DNA of 64,000 nucleotides from Pavona decussata (Eukaryota): NCBI GenBank assembly GCA_977016875.1, contig CDRNST010000123.1, positions 2,232,001 to 2,296,000 of the forward strand, read 5' to 3'. Shown piece by piece: positions 48,656 to 61,947 of this stretch (position 1 is its first letter; each line of letters starts with the position of its first letter). The notes under the pieces were generated by a model. It saw only the letters and a program-made list of their open reading frames with translations, ran no database searches and was not told where the DNA came from. The position numbers and the translations under genes were made by a program.

Positions 48656-51600
48656 ATGAGGGGACTCTTAGGAATTTCTCTTCTAGCATTTTGTCTCCTT
48701 GTAAAAGCTAGGGGTAAGTTATTCAACTTTGCGATTTAGTACAAACTACTTGCTCTACTGCTACTATTGTCTATTATCGTATCACTCTCCTTTTGAATTT
48801 TTTTTAAAAAAACTAATCTTTAACTACCTTACGAAAAGTATTCTACAGCACCTATCCTACACTGACACCAAACTAATTTTCGCTTCTCTTCAGTAATACT
48901 CGTGACATGCTCGGAGTATCGACCAAAAATGTTTTGTTTTACAAACTGGTGGCCTTTTGATGGCTGAATAATTAAAAGTCCGTTCATATGGGATGGGAAA
49001 AAAAGTTTAAGTTTCCATGTTTTAAACATCCCGTTAGACGGATATCGATATGAGTGATTGACCTCAAAACGGACAAGAGGACCAAAACAATTCCAAGCAA
49101 GTTCTTGTTAGCAATGCCAAATTACCTTTTTACAGTGACACCATCAGGGCGACAAGCAATAAAATTGCTTTCCGTCATCTATCACATTCATTGCTTTCCT
49201 AGCCGTCTCCGATTCGATCACTAAAGACACGGTGATTGTGAACGTCATTGAATTTACAAATATTCTTCGACGCAACGACAATGTCCTTTCCACGCCATTC
49301 TGGATAATAAACTGTAATTCTCTCTTTACTTGTTAACAGATTACGACCATCTCTCGCCGACGGCATCATCCTCTCTTACAGACGGTTTGTACTTACACTA
49401 TTAGCTATGGCTTCAGACACAAGTTTATATTCAATACGTGAGGGCAACTCAGAATTGCTGTGGTCCTGGACCAGTTGACCATTACATCTTTTGTCAACTC
49501 TAAGAAACCATAAAAATCTCGCTGACCTCCATGTCTTCATTCGTTTTATTATTACTTTATGTCTTGAGTGATTAATGCCTAACCAAGCACATGTAAACGG
49601 CCTAAAGTGCAGGAAAAGGCGTGCGAACAAGTCACGTTTGGGTTTGGTTTTTCTTGTCATTGGTTGACGGAAAGTAGCGTACGTTAGTTAATCAAACCAG
49701 AGCAAACGCAAGGAGATAGTATCGACACTCAATTGAAAACCGCTCTAATGGTATTCAAATTTAATTGCAGCATTCACTGACAGCAGTGACGAAACAGCTT
49801 CTCCATCATCGTTTTCCGATTCCGCGTCACGGAATAACAACGACTGGCTTACTGATGATGATGACGATGATGACGATGAAAACATGGACATGGGTCCTCT
49901 GAATGTGCAGGCAAAAGCTAAATCAGCACCAAAGCCAACGTCAGCTCCACTAACCACGAGTAAGTTCGTGAAAGACACGCCTAATAGAGATTAGCTTCAA
50001 TGAACTTCAGACATCTATTGGCTGAATACCTGTTTAATAGGAAACATTATGAATGACACGCCGTTGGTTGAGTTTATAGTCAGTCAGATTTATGGAGTTT
50101 GGAGTATCTCCATAACGAAGGGCACGAAAACATATGTGCATGTACTATACCAACATACAAATGCTTTTAAAATGGACCATTTGTTCGAAAAAAACGAAGA
50201 CAGTTTTAATTTGGAAACACGTTTCCAAGGAAGCTACCATCATCATTATTTACAACGAAGTCTGAAAAACTGTTTGAATTAGTAACAACCTGAAGACCCA
50301 CGCAAAACGAACTAACAACAAAGGAATAAGAGTAACTGGAACAATGTTTAAAAAAGTGTTAAAATGACATGATGGCCAACTCAAGTCTCCGTTTTACAGT
50401 GTTATTTAGGGACAATGATGTTAATAGCTATCGCCCAACGACCAAAATATTTATTATTATTAACCCCGCTCACTCGAACTAGTTTTACTTTCCCTTGGCT
50501 CAAATTCACCCCGATAACTCGAACTCTATTGCATAAACGTCGGTCAGTAAACTTCAAAATGTCAGAACATCAGACGTATTACACCCAAGTGATTGTAAAA
50601 GAGTGATAAAGCTAAAATATTTGTTAACAGTAACACTAACTTCGCTAACTAAAACTATTTTTGTTTCCCTTGGGAGTTCGAGTTAGCCTGGTCCAACTGT
50701 TTAATTATTTGCCATATTTTTCTGTAGCACAATTGGAGAGCAAAATGTTGGAGGCCTTAAATGGAATACGTCGTTTGTTTGGGGCTGGGCCTCTTATCCG
50801 TTTGGCAACCCTCGATATTGGAGCTAAAGCCGCTTGTGATAAAATGCAGAAAGCTGGTGTTACCAAGAAGGATGCCAGCATGAAACATGGACAGCTGCAG
50901 TGCATAAAGCTGACAAGCTCAGGCCAAGTACCTACCGAATGCGTATCTTTCTGGTTAAGTCAAATGCAGGATTATGATTGGTCAAAACCTGTCATAAAGG
51001 ATACCAACAGATTCTTTGTCACTGCCGTTTACAAGGCATCTACCCATGCCGGAGTAGCAGTCAAGAAGGGACCTTCTGGAAGATACTTTGTATTTGTATT
51101 GTTAGATCCGGCCCCTGATGCGGCGAAATTGAAGAAGCAAGTTAAAGGATATTCTGGTAAGAAAATTCTAGGCTGCTTTCTATACCAGGGCAACCTAAGA
51201 AGGGTGCGTTTTCGGTTTTTACCCTGCATATCGGCATGAGTTTGATTTCCTGTTAAAATCTGTTCATTGCCTTAAATCCTCGTCTTACCATTTTATTTAT
51301 TTGTTCATCTTAATCTTTTTTTTTTTTCAGATTTGTTCACATCCGTGGCTGGAGGTAATATTTTTTATAGGCTGCGATCTATTTTTTTATTTTTGCCGCC
51401 GTTGGGGATGCTTACATTCACTTCCCACCAGACACCCATCAGACCTGTCCATTAATGATATAAAATAATCGAGAGATCACAAAAAAGACACATTTTGAAG
51501 TTGCAGGATAAAATTATCCTTATTAGAAAATGGTACAGTGAGGTACAATTGAAAATGATTTGAACAATAGCCTGAAACAAATAACATCCCTCAATAGGGT

Positions 51601-54600
51601 TTCATTGATNNNNNNNNNNNNNNNNNNNNNNNNNNNNNNNNNNNNNNNNNNNNNNNNNNNNNNNNNNNNNNNNNNNNNNNNNNNNNNNNNNNNNNNNNNN
51701 NNNNNNNNNNNNNNNNNNNNNNNNNNNNNNNNNNNNNNNNNNNNNNNNNNNNNNNNNNNNNNNNNNNNNNNNNNNNNNAAATGCGAAAGTGGCTTCACTG
51801 ATTATGGCGGTACCTGCTACAAGTTTCACAAGGATGCACAAACGTGGTCAATTGCAAACGCCCAATGTGTAAAGGAATTTGCAGTTCTGCCTGCAATTGG
51901 GAGCAGAGGAGAAAACGATTTTTTCAAACAAGGACTTTTGAAAGACCAGAAGGGATTCACTTGGTTAGGCTTCAATGATCGTCTGACTGAGAGTATGTAC
52001 ATGGCGGTTGACGGATCGCAAATTAGATTCATGGACTGGGTAAACGGGCAGCCTACAGGCAAAAACCAGAATTGCGTCGGTTTCGATAACACGGCCAAAT
52101 ACGGAACCATGGCCGACTATGCTTGTACAACAGCTAGCACATACGTGTGCAAAAAGCCCTTAGAAGGTAAGATTAAGTTAATCATGGCGTATTAAATGCT
52201 GGAAAAAATCTCGCAACCAAAGTGTTCATAATGGTCTGAATTCTTATAAGATATTCATTTATGCTAACAATACAATCATGCGAAGTCACTACTAGTCCTC
52301 ATCATACTAGTTTACTAGTCCTCATCATATTCAACAATTGGCTCACTGATCATACGTTATTTTGATTTTTAGTTCACACAAGGTAAAGGACATTCTTTTG
52401 CGCGCCAGTCAGGTTTAGGTGTTATTCTTAGTCTTTCTCTACTCTTTCCAACTTCTCTTAGCATGTCTGTTACGACTGCCTTCAAGTTAGTCATAAAGTC
52501 ACATCGTTTAACACAGTTATCACTAAATGCAGACCTAGTCGCTAGCGAAGGCGTTTTACTGGCGAGCAAGCTCTGCTGTCTTATTCGTTGGTGTGTTTAG
52601 TAAGCATCGCGCTCTTTTATCCTGATATCCCATCCCTTCACCACTCCAACCCTCTTATCGTTTTCTACTTCGAGATGGTGGCTTTGGCGAGCCGGGGAGA
52701 CCTACTGAGCACCAACCATCTTGGTCAGCACAAAAAATAGCTGCTGTTTTAGCTGGTTAAATTACGATTGATTAAAATAAACTAATGAGTAAATAACTAT
52801 TCTCTCCAGGCGACATCACCTATCTCATCGAACTAGTAGTAGAATCCATGGTGTGGTTGAATGACTTCAGCAACAGTGGCTCTCTGGCCTATCAACAACT
52901 ATCCTCAAAGCTCCAAAAGGCGGTAGGTAGATTGATACTTTTTGTGTCGCTTCTGTTATTAATTGAATATCGAGCTTTTATCTGTTGACTCAACTTGTAT
53001 TACGAATGATGTTTAGAATATTCGATAGAAGAAATTTAGATGTCTAAGACGGAATACTCTACTGTCTATTCTTTCTGGTTTTTTTCGTCACTAATCATTT
53101 CAAAGGATTTCAGAGACAGTTGCAAAGGGACTCATCATGATTTTGTTTTCTTTTTTGCTATTTAGATTCTAGAAGTCTATAAGAAGGCAGGAGTAAAAGT
53201 TCTTAAAAGCGTTAGCCTTCAGTCCGTCAGGTTGGTCAGAAACAGTCAATGAGGAGCCAGGAAGTGATTTAAAACACATAATCTTTAATGCAGCTTACCT
53301 CGTGCTATTTCAAAATATTTACAAAACCACCAGAACCACGGGAACGTACTGCTCAGAAGCTTCCATCTGCTGAATGGGCATTCTTAATTTTTTCGACATA
53401 GATTTGTTTGTTTATTTGTTTTTCGAAGAAAAGCAGCTGTTATTGCACTTACAGGACATCTTTATTTTCTTCAGCAATGGCTTACCACCCCAGCCTGTGG
53501 CACCAGCACCCGTCTATAGCTACCTTGGCAAGCGGCAAATTACAGCCATCAGAGTTACTCCTGCGCCTACAACTCCCCCGAAACCAAAACCGTCCGGTGG
53601 CGCGACTGCGAAACCTACTCCTGGCAAACCCACTCCTCCTAAAGTTCCAACGACAAAGTAAGATTTGATGCCGGTTATGGCGTCGATTATGATTTACGCT
53701 GTACGCATCCACTGCGAAGTATACTCGAGGTCTTGTTACACTTCCCACAAACAACATCCTGAAAATGACGTCTGTTCTCTACTTGTAATTGATCTGGACG
53801 GGTGACCTCTTCTCTTCACTGGTCCCGTTTTTTGATAATCCTGGCACGTTTTTCCCTCTTCTGTTGCACCTCTGCGTATAGTAATCGCTCATTTATCCCT
53901 CAACAACGCTACTTACATAAGGTCAACTGCTTACAATACAATTTTAATCACTGAGCTACATTTTATGATGTTAACTTGGCCTTTTTTCGTTAACAACGAT
54001 TCTACCAGAAAGTGAGTTATCCTAATTAATGATTTAGTTTCTTTAGTATTTTCATTTTCGTTCTTTGCAAAAAGTAAAAGGTCGTGTGCCTTTTTGTTAT
54101 AAAATCTAACACACGTGATTGTACTATTCCATTTCCAGGCCAAAGGCAAAGGTTACTGTAAAACTTGCTTTGACCTTTGGACCAAGTGGCATCCCACTTG
54201 ACCCAACTGCAGCACTTCAGAATTATCTCCGAGCCAACGGCAACAAGCTGCCAGTGCCCATGAACGAAGTGGTTAAACTCAAAGCAATGAGCATTGCACC
54301 ACCAGGTATTAAAATACTGACATAAACGTGTCAGTTCACGTGTAAAGACGGTACATTAACATATAACTAGTTAACGTTTTAAGGAAAAACTAGAACAGCG
54401 CACTGTACATAAAGGCGATGCTCAAAATGGAATGGAGTAAAAACAGTACGGAAGACATGTTCACGTAAATATTCATGTAAATTCAGGAAACAGCCACATG
54501 GCAAACGCAGAGAAATATTGCAAATTCTAACTAACGTTTAGGCTTTGTCATTTCTTTCGCACGTGAGGTAATTAAATAATATTAGGCATACAGGAACCAA

Positions 54601-56357
54601 CACGTTGACTTTTGAAAAATTTTAACATCAAACAAAAAGGATACTAAAACTCTCATGGCAAACAAAAGAAATCATTAGAAATATGAAACTGTCTAATATC
54701 ACATTATGTTTCTAACTAGTAGTGTTTGTAACGTGTTTTAGGCACTTTCACCACTACCATGCCTTGCCCTCCCATCTGCTCCACCTCATGCGTGTCTAGT
54801 TGTGCACCCAGCTGCTGTTACTCACCTCCCCCAGCACCAGCACCATGTGTGCCAACAGCAATGAGTCCCTGTCCACTTCCTCAAGCCGCACCAACCCAAG
54901 CTCCTCGACAGACAAAGGTCCAAGCCAAACGACCAGCACCAAAATGTTCCCCAACTCCAGGTGGCACATGTGCTCCAGCAGCACCTTATCCTCTTCCTCC
55001 AGCATATCCTGCATATCCACCTCCTTCACCATGTGTTCCCACTTTGGCTAACAATTGGTGTCGGTCCAATGTGCTCGCTAAGCCTCTTGCAGTCAACAGG
55101 TTTATCCGAAGGCCAGTTACTTACAGGTATCCTCTTCAGCCATACAGACGCATCATGCCTAGGCTGGTATCGTCAAGGCCAGTGTCACGTGCCGTGCTAC
55201 CTTCCCCACAGGCCGGAGGATTTAACCCTTGTGCCCAGCCACCATGCCCTCCCCCTATGATGATGCCTCCTCCCCCTCAACCGATGATGCCTCAGCCCAT
55301 GATGCCTCAGCCCATGATGCCTCAGCCTATGATGCCTCAGCCCATGATGCCTATGGTAAGCAGTCACTCCGTTTACACTACTATGGTTCTACCACTACAC
55401 ACCTCAAACACAAAAAGGAGCGAAGGACGAAGGATATAAGGAAAACAGATAGAGCCTACTACTTATAACAAGACTATCTCTATTTCATACAGTTAGGACT
55501 AAAGCGCACGTGAAAACCTAAGATGTATTAACAAAATTGATTATCTGTGTGCATCTATCTGTCAGTTATTTCAAGTTAGCTGGAATGTTTGGAGGCCAGT
55601 TGATTATAATAATAGCTATTATCTAGTTTTTGTCATTGGGAGTTGTTCTGCTACATTTCTTTTCATGTTTTTGTCTGAATCTTTTTGACAGATGCCGCCA
55701 CCCTGTGTTCCTTCTCCTTTCAACCCATGTGCCCCCAAGCCTCCAGCTTCACCTCCACCCAAGAAAGCTGCAGGCAAAGTAGCAAAACCTAAGACGGTTA
55801 CTCTCCAGGGTTGTACCTATCCACCATGCAGCATAATGACGCTCCCAGCACCGCCACCTGTTCCAATGCCACCCCCTCCAATGCCATTTCCACCATTCTG
55901 TGGTGGACCACTTAGGCCGCCCTGCCCACCCCCATCCCCGCCAAAATCAGGTAAAACCAACTCTAAGAGCACAGCTCCTAAACCATGCGGTCCCACTCCT
56001 TTAAACCCGTGTGCACCACCAATGCCGATGCCCATGCCCATGCCAATGCCAATGCCGCCGATGCCAATGCCAATGCCGATGCCAATGCCGATGCCGATGC
56101 CGATGTCATGTGGGCCAGCCAATCCATGTGCCAAACCACCACTCAAGCCACAACCACCCAAGCCAATGACAATCAAGCTACCAGCTATACAAATCCAAGT
56201 TCCTCAACAGCCTCCAATGATGCCTCCAATGATGCCGCCAGTTCCACCCGCACCATGTCCACCCGCGTGTGGAAACCTTCCAGCATGTCCCACCACCTGT
56301 CCCAAGCCATGCTGCAGAGTCGGACGACGATCCGTGAAATCTTCCGACAAGGAATAA
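48656..56357 (+). CDS. NOWA-like copy C: signal peptide-acidic propeptide-CAP-CTLD-split SEA-CRD-Pro/Met-rich-CRD
   Basis: Exons 48656-48713, 49340-49384, 49771-49959 (poly-Asp), 50728-51156 (CAP), 51331-51354, (gap)51779-52166 (CTLD), 52810-52922, 53166-53230, 53475-53657, 54139-54305, 54742-55355 (CPPICSTSCVSSCAPSCC), 55692-56357 (CPPACGNLPACPTTCPKPCC). Same intron phases as copy B; no stops seen. Confidence 0.85.
51610..51778. other. Assembly gap (169 N) hiding the CTLD exon acceptor of copy C
   Basis: Run of N. Confidence 1.
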
Positions 56358-57099
56358 GTACTTTTCTTACGACCTGTTTCGAGTTAAATGCTAACATGCT
56401 CTGCGAATTATAGACTGTTGGCAACTAAAAATCTGTGGATAGATAGCTTGGAGTGCAACAATTTGTCTTTTTAACCAAAAAGTGGTCGTAAAATTCGAGT
56501 TTGCGTGTTTAAACGCAAAGTCAAACAATACGTCGCACTAGGTGAGCTGAAATCGTAAAATTGATCCACGATAAATCATTTCTTTGCCAAACTAGAGCTC
56601 ATTTATCATTGTGCGGTTATATACTCGTCTTAGTGAAAACTGGCAGTCCAAGGTTGTCCATGCCTTGGGTGTAATTCGTTTATTTTTTTTTTCACCTGCC
56701 GGCAGCCGTGTGATAGGACTCCCTTAACACATTTCTTTCTTAGAAAGACGATAACTTAGCGTATTTACTACAGAATTAGGCTGATTGCTGTAAGTGTATA
56801 TTTTATTTTGACTCGTAATATATTGTAAATTAAATACTTGGTTCTTAAGTGATTGCATTGAGAATTTATTTACAAGGGTTCTAGATCGTAGGACAAAGAG
56901 GTCGTTTTGCGTGACCTTAAAGTACATAAGATATGCAATAAAGCTACGGAATAACCAGTACAAGTTGTTTGACTTTGTGACTCCTCTAAGTTATTAATTA
57001 CATTAATAATTATTATCCGAGATTAACTCAAGGATTTACGGAGAAAATTGGAGGCAATTATTTGATCCTCTTTCTATACCATTTTGTATTTTTGAACTA

Positions 57100-57275
57100 C
57101 AGTCGACTCCCGATAACTCGAATCCTGGCTAACTCGAACCTCGCGCTAACTCGAACCAATTTTCCTTTCCTTTCAGGTCATTTTCTATATAATTTAACCC
57201 TCGATAACTCGAACTCCCGATAACTCGAACCTTTTTCAATTTCCCTTAAAGGTTCGAGTTATCGGGAGTCGACTG
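57100..57275. mobile_element. Palindromic pogo/Tigger-like MITE, TA TSD
   Basis: TA-CAGTCGACTCCCGATAACTCGAA ... TTCGAGTTATCGGGAGTCGACTG-TA. Confidence 0.9.
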
Positions 57276-57505
57276 TATAACTACTTCTCTCCCATTTATA
57301 TTAATCTCTTCCTTGTTTAGTTATTGTTCAATCCGCTTGCGCTTATCACCAATCAAAACTGATCATGTGCAAGGTATCTGTCAACTGTACTTTTAACAAT
57401 GAAAAGTGTCTTTTCAAATGCAAGCAAACTCTTGTTCGTAAGTGATCGTAAGTGGTATTGTCACAATGCAAGACGTTCTAATAACAAGAACTCCCTTTCA
57501 TGGTA

Positions 57506-57665
57506 CAGTCGACTCCCGATAACTCGAACCCTGGCTAACTCGAACCTCGCGCTAACTCGAACCAATTTTCCTTTCCTTTCAGGTCATTTTCTATATAATT
57601 TTACCCTCGATAACTCGAACCTTTTTCAATTTCCCTTAAAGGTTCGAGTTATCGGGAGTCGACTG
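57506..57665. mobile_element. Second near-identical copy of the same MITE
   Basis: Same TIRs and TA flanks; lacks one internal 16-bp repeat. Confidence 0.9.
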
Positions 57666-60084
57666 TAGTTGCTTTTCGCATCGTCACCTCAGTGATCATT
57701 ATCACAAAAATTAAAAAGGAAATCAATTTTCACTTAATAAAGATAGTACCCTGTTGATCTCCCGTTTAATTTCCTACCCTGTTGCAGTAAATTTTTGAAC
57801 AGGAATGAAAAAAAAAAAGAAGAAGAAGAAACGATTGGCCTGCAAATTTGGTTCATGATCAAGCAATCCGCTTCATTTCATAAAACCGAAGGTTGGTCAG
57901 GTCTGCCTCTGACCCAAGGATTGAAACCTGTTTGGTATATGTTGGAAGTAAATTATATTCATTTTTTACGAGCGTGGAGATGGCAATGAAAGCATTATTT
58001 TGAGTCCCCGAAGAAAAATCGAGCCTATGGTCTCAGTTTTCATATTCTAAGCAGTGAGCCACAGCTACAGCTACTCCTTCCAAGTTAGGTTCATGGGTTC
58101 GAGATACTCTTCCACATGAGTGACAAACTTTTTTTTTTGGGTCAAAAAATCTCTTTACGGTGGCCAAAGTGCAGAAATCACCTTATCAACTCTGTTAATA
58201 AAATGAAACCTTCGTTTCCACTCCCATCGACGTAGCACCAGAGTTTCTTTACAAACTAACCCCATCACAAATGCTTTTTTGTTTGTTCTGTTGTTGTTGT
58301 TGTTTCTGTTTTGTCGTTTTTTTTTTTTTTGTTTTTTTCAACTTGGTGGGCATATTTACCTTGTTTTAACTTTGAGTGAGCGGATGAAATCCCCAAGTGT
58401 CTCCATCTACTTCCGGTCGATTGTGTACGCTGTTTCTTTTTCGATGAATCAGATTTCCTTTCAAAACAGTTTCCGAAGTTTAGGTGTTTTTCTAGTTTCG
58501 CTTAAAATCTGCCATTTGGGATTATGACAATGTATCTAGCACCAGATGCAAAGTTTGTAAGAGACGAAAACAACAACGACGTCAAATAATTTCCGTAAAA
58601 ATGTGACTTAAAAAATTATTCACGAAAAATTAATCTGTCAAACGTTGCTGAAGGTAGTTCGGCGTGGGCTAAAACTTGAGCACATCACGTTTTTGAATAT
58701 TCCATACTTTGTAAATTTCTGCTGCCGACTTTGACAGGGATTTTCATGACACAAATGTATGGAAAATATAATTAAAAACGTGATAACACGCTTTATAACT
58801 CAATTTCATCAGATTTCAACAGTATAATCTCTTTCCATGATTCCAATTCACATTTTTTTCAGGAAACTCGTTGCGCACCGAACTCGGTTTTTCCCACACA
58901 AACACTTTGATTCGGGTCGCGTCACCCCATTTCAAAACTGCGGATTTGATTCATGGGCTGAGTGGAAACTGCAACACCTGCATTACAATCAAGCTAGAAA
59001 AGAAGTAGGCGTCGGTTTGTTCATTGTTCAATAAAGTTGACAGGTAGGCGATTTACTACAACTAAATTATCTTTTGTTCTCCCTCGGAAGTGGTTCACAA
59101 CAAGTCGGTCTTTTCATATGGAAATTTTACTTCTCTCCTCGATTATTACACAGCTCTCGACTAATAATCCATTTATCTAAACGGAAATTTAAACGCTTGT
59201 GGTTTTTCTAATGGACTACTCTACAGACAAGTCTGATTTGCTTAAGTAACTCTGTTTTTACGTCTGAATTACCATATCGTGGAAAATAGAAAAAAAAGTG
59301 CGTTCCATGTGGGATGTGATAATTACTTAATTTCTCTTGTTTTCCATGCGGTTAATTAAATGTGTTGCGTTCATGAATATTACATGCTTTTCAAGAGATA
59401 AGCACGTCAAGTAACTTTTATTTTGCCAAAACAAATTCGACGAATCTGCTTTAGTTATCACCAACACATGTTTTTATGCCAGCTTCAGTTTAAAAGCATT
59501 GCTTTCTGGATTCAATGAATAAACGTTTATTGTCCACCGTGCTGAACACACTAAATATGCAACCCACCTGTTGCTGGATTATCATGGCGGCTAAATCTTT
59601 TCTATTTTTTTCATTTCCCTAACCCTACATGATTGTGCTTTATACAGGAATAAGTGTCAGCGAATTAATAAAGCTTGTTGAAATATTTTTCAGTTGCTCG
59701 CGTCGTACCGAAAAGCCGTTGAGTTTTTATTATTATTATTATTATTATTACTATTTTGAATTCAAAAACGCTCACAGAAACACCCCTTCCCTGACTCGTC
59801 CAATTAATAAATATCCAAACATTCAAGCAACTGGCACCATTGTAACTGTTCCGCTTGTTTGTGGAGAACAGTTTTATTTTACACACTTAGGAAGCAATCA
59901 TGTTAATTGACAATGGAAGATTATCGAAACCTACGTTTGTCGCTTGATGTCTCGTGGTCCATGAAAGCTTTCAATTTCCGCTCAGTTTCCGCAGTTTTCT
60001 TCATTCAATTGTAGTCTCTTTTGTCATTACCACGCTAAATTGTTTTTTTCACGAGAAAGTATTATGAGTTCATTGGTCAATTAG

Positions 60085-60118
60085 CTATATAAGAACGAAG
60101 AACATTATCGTTCCAGTT
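60085..60118 (+). promoter_or_regulatory. TATA box and Inr-like element of the peptide gene
   Basis: CTATATAAG at about 60085 and CCAGTT about 28 nt downstream, 45 nt before the ATG at 60159. Confidence 0.55.
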
Positions 60119-60158
60119 AATGTTACTGAAACGCTGTCGGAATCGTACGAAACGGAAG

Positions 60159-61947
60159 ATGAAGGCCACGAGTTTTTGGTGCCTGTGTTTTATCCTCAGT
60201 GCGATCATCACCTTTGCTTATTCAGCACCACCTCCTCAAACTGAAGGTATAGTTACGACTTCTCTGTCCGACAGGACATAGCTCGCAACAAATAAGGAAA
60301 ATTTCTCAAATCTATTTTGTGCCACAGGAGAGCTGACAGCTTTCAACGGAATCATTCAAGGTGTTTGAACAGTTTACGGCTACGAGACATTATTTCAAGT
60401 TTTCGCCATGGCACTAAAGGGAAGAAAAGAAACTTGAAATTTGAGCAAAAAAAAGTCGACTTTTTAACGTTTCTTCTAAAAAATAGTCACTAACTCTAAA
60501 ATCGATTCTTTGAGCAAAAGTTCTTTTGTACAATTAAATAAATTTCGAGACCGATGTTAAACGAAAATGGTACTTTTTATTGTAAGTTTTCTAGTTCATG
60601 CTAAAATAATCGAATGAATGGATACATAAGCTTTTCTTCGTTTCACAATGAATGGAATTGTTCTCGAGTAGCGGCTATCCGTGTGCTATCCAAACTGAAT
60701 CAACATTATTGGCCATTACTAAGAGTACTTTTGAGCGAATAGGCTACGCCGGTTTCTCACCTGGGCGAAAGCCAGCACCAAGCCAACTGAGAATTACATA
60801 TACGGACGTTCAGATTATTGATAGTCAACTTTACTTGTTTTATCATTATATTAGCAAGGCGCCCTGCATATCGAAACGTCAACAATCGATTAGTGTCCAC
60901 CGGCAGATTCTTACTTTAGAGAGATAAAGCCGTGATCGATCAGAGATGACGAGCACACAATATAACGTCACTCGGAAATATTTGGAAAAGCATTCATTTG
61001 TAGTTTCAACCACGATTTGAACTTCCGATTTGAACTTCCGATTCCACGTTAAAAACACAAAACCTGTAGAGGAAGGTATTTCAATAAATCTGAGACGTTC
61101 AAGTTAGCGATTTTGTCCCCAGAAACGACGAAAACTTCGGAAATGATAGAAAAAGCTCCACAGCTTTTAGCAAACTGATCGAAAACCGGCGTTCGTATTA
61201 CCTTGAGAACACCTGGAAAACCTTTGAGGCGCGGTCGAATATTCATAAAATAATATCGTCATAAAACGAGCATTCTTGTGTAATAAACAAATTTATTGCT
61301 CTCAGCAACGAGATTAAGTGTTCAAACTGCTCGGATAAAAAAACTCCGAAACTATATATTTATTCTTTGGTTTGGTGTATTTTATTCTACCAGGGAATCC
61401 ACATCCATTTTACGAAAGTCCTCTTCCAGTGGAGATCGGTGAAACAAAAGGCCTTGACGAACCGTTACACTCGCAGGTCCTCAAGCGAAATCCAGCTCCG
61501 CCTGAAGATTGTACAATCTGCTGCCAAAACATGTGGTGAGTCTTGGTTATCCTGGCTTCTTAAGAGAATACCTTGCTGTAGAAACATTTATGAATTTCCT
61601 TCCTTTCCCAGAATGTGTTGCCTTTCTTTGTTTTGTTTTGTTTGCTTTTTTGTCAGTTTGTTTGCTTTTGGTAACGTTTCGACAAAAGTGTGCGCACGCA
61701 AACGGGAAATCATTTTGAACAATAAATGCTCCCTCCCTTAAGGGGTGTAGCCTTGGGGCTATATACTGATCAAAACGTTGCCTTATCATCAAATTAGAAC
61801 ACTCCCCTTTATATTCTATAAGCGATAACACGGCTAATAAAGAGGCTGTTGTGTGCGGAGCCTAATTGTTGAATGTTGTTTCTTCGCAGGTGCACATACA
61901 TCAATACTCGATGCCGCTGCTCTCCTCCGTGGAACATCGGCCCATAA
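60159..61947 (+). CDS. Small secreted cysteine-rich prepropeptide (toxin/AMP-like), 106 aa, 4 exons
   Basis: Exons 60159-60246, 60328-60360, 61394-61535, 61890-61947 (phases 1,1,2). Signal MKATSFWCLCFILSAIITFAYS, propeptide ending LKR, mature NPAPPEDCTICCQNMWCTYINTRCRCSPPWNIGP. Confidence 0.82.

Noticed and set aside
39698-56357. Minicollagen call for copies B and C
   Set aside because: CRDs and polyproline are present but there is no Gly-X-Y triple-helix domain.
55817-56413. (GI)n minus-strand and (AD/AN)n alternative-frame ORFs
   Set aside because: Other frames of the (PM)n coding repeat.
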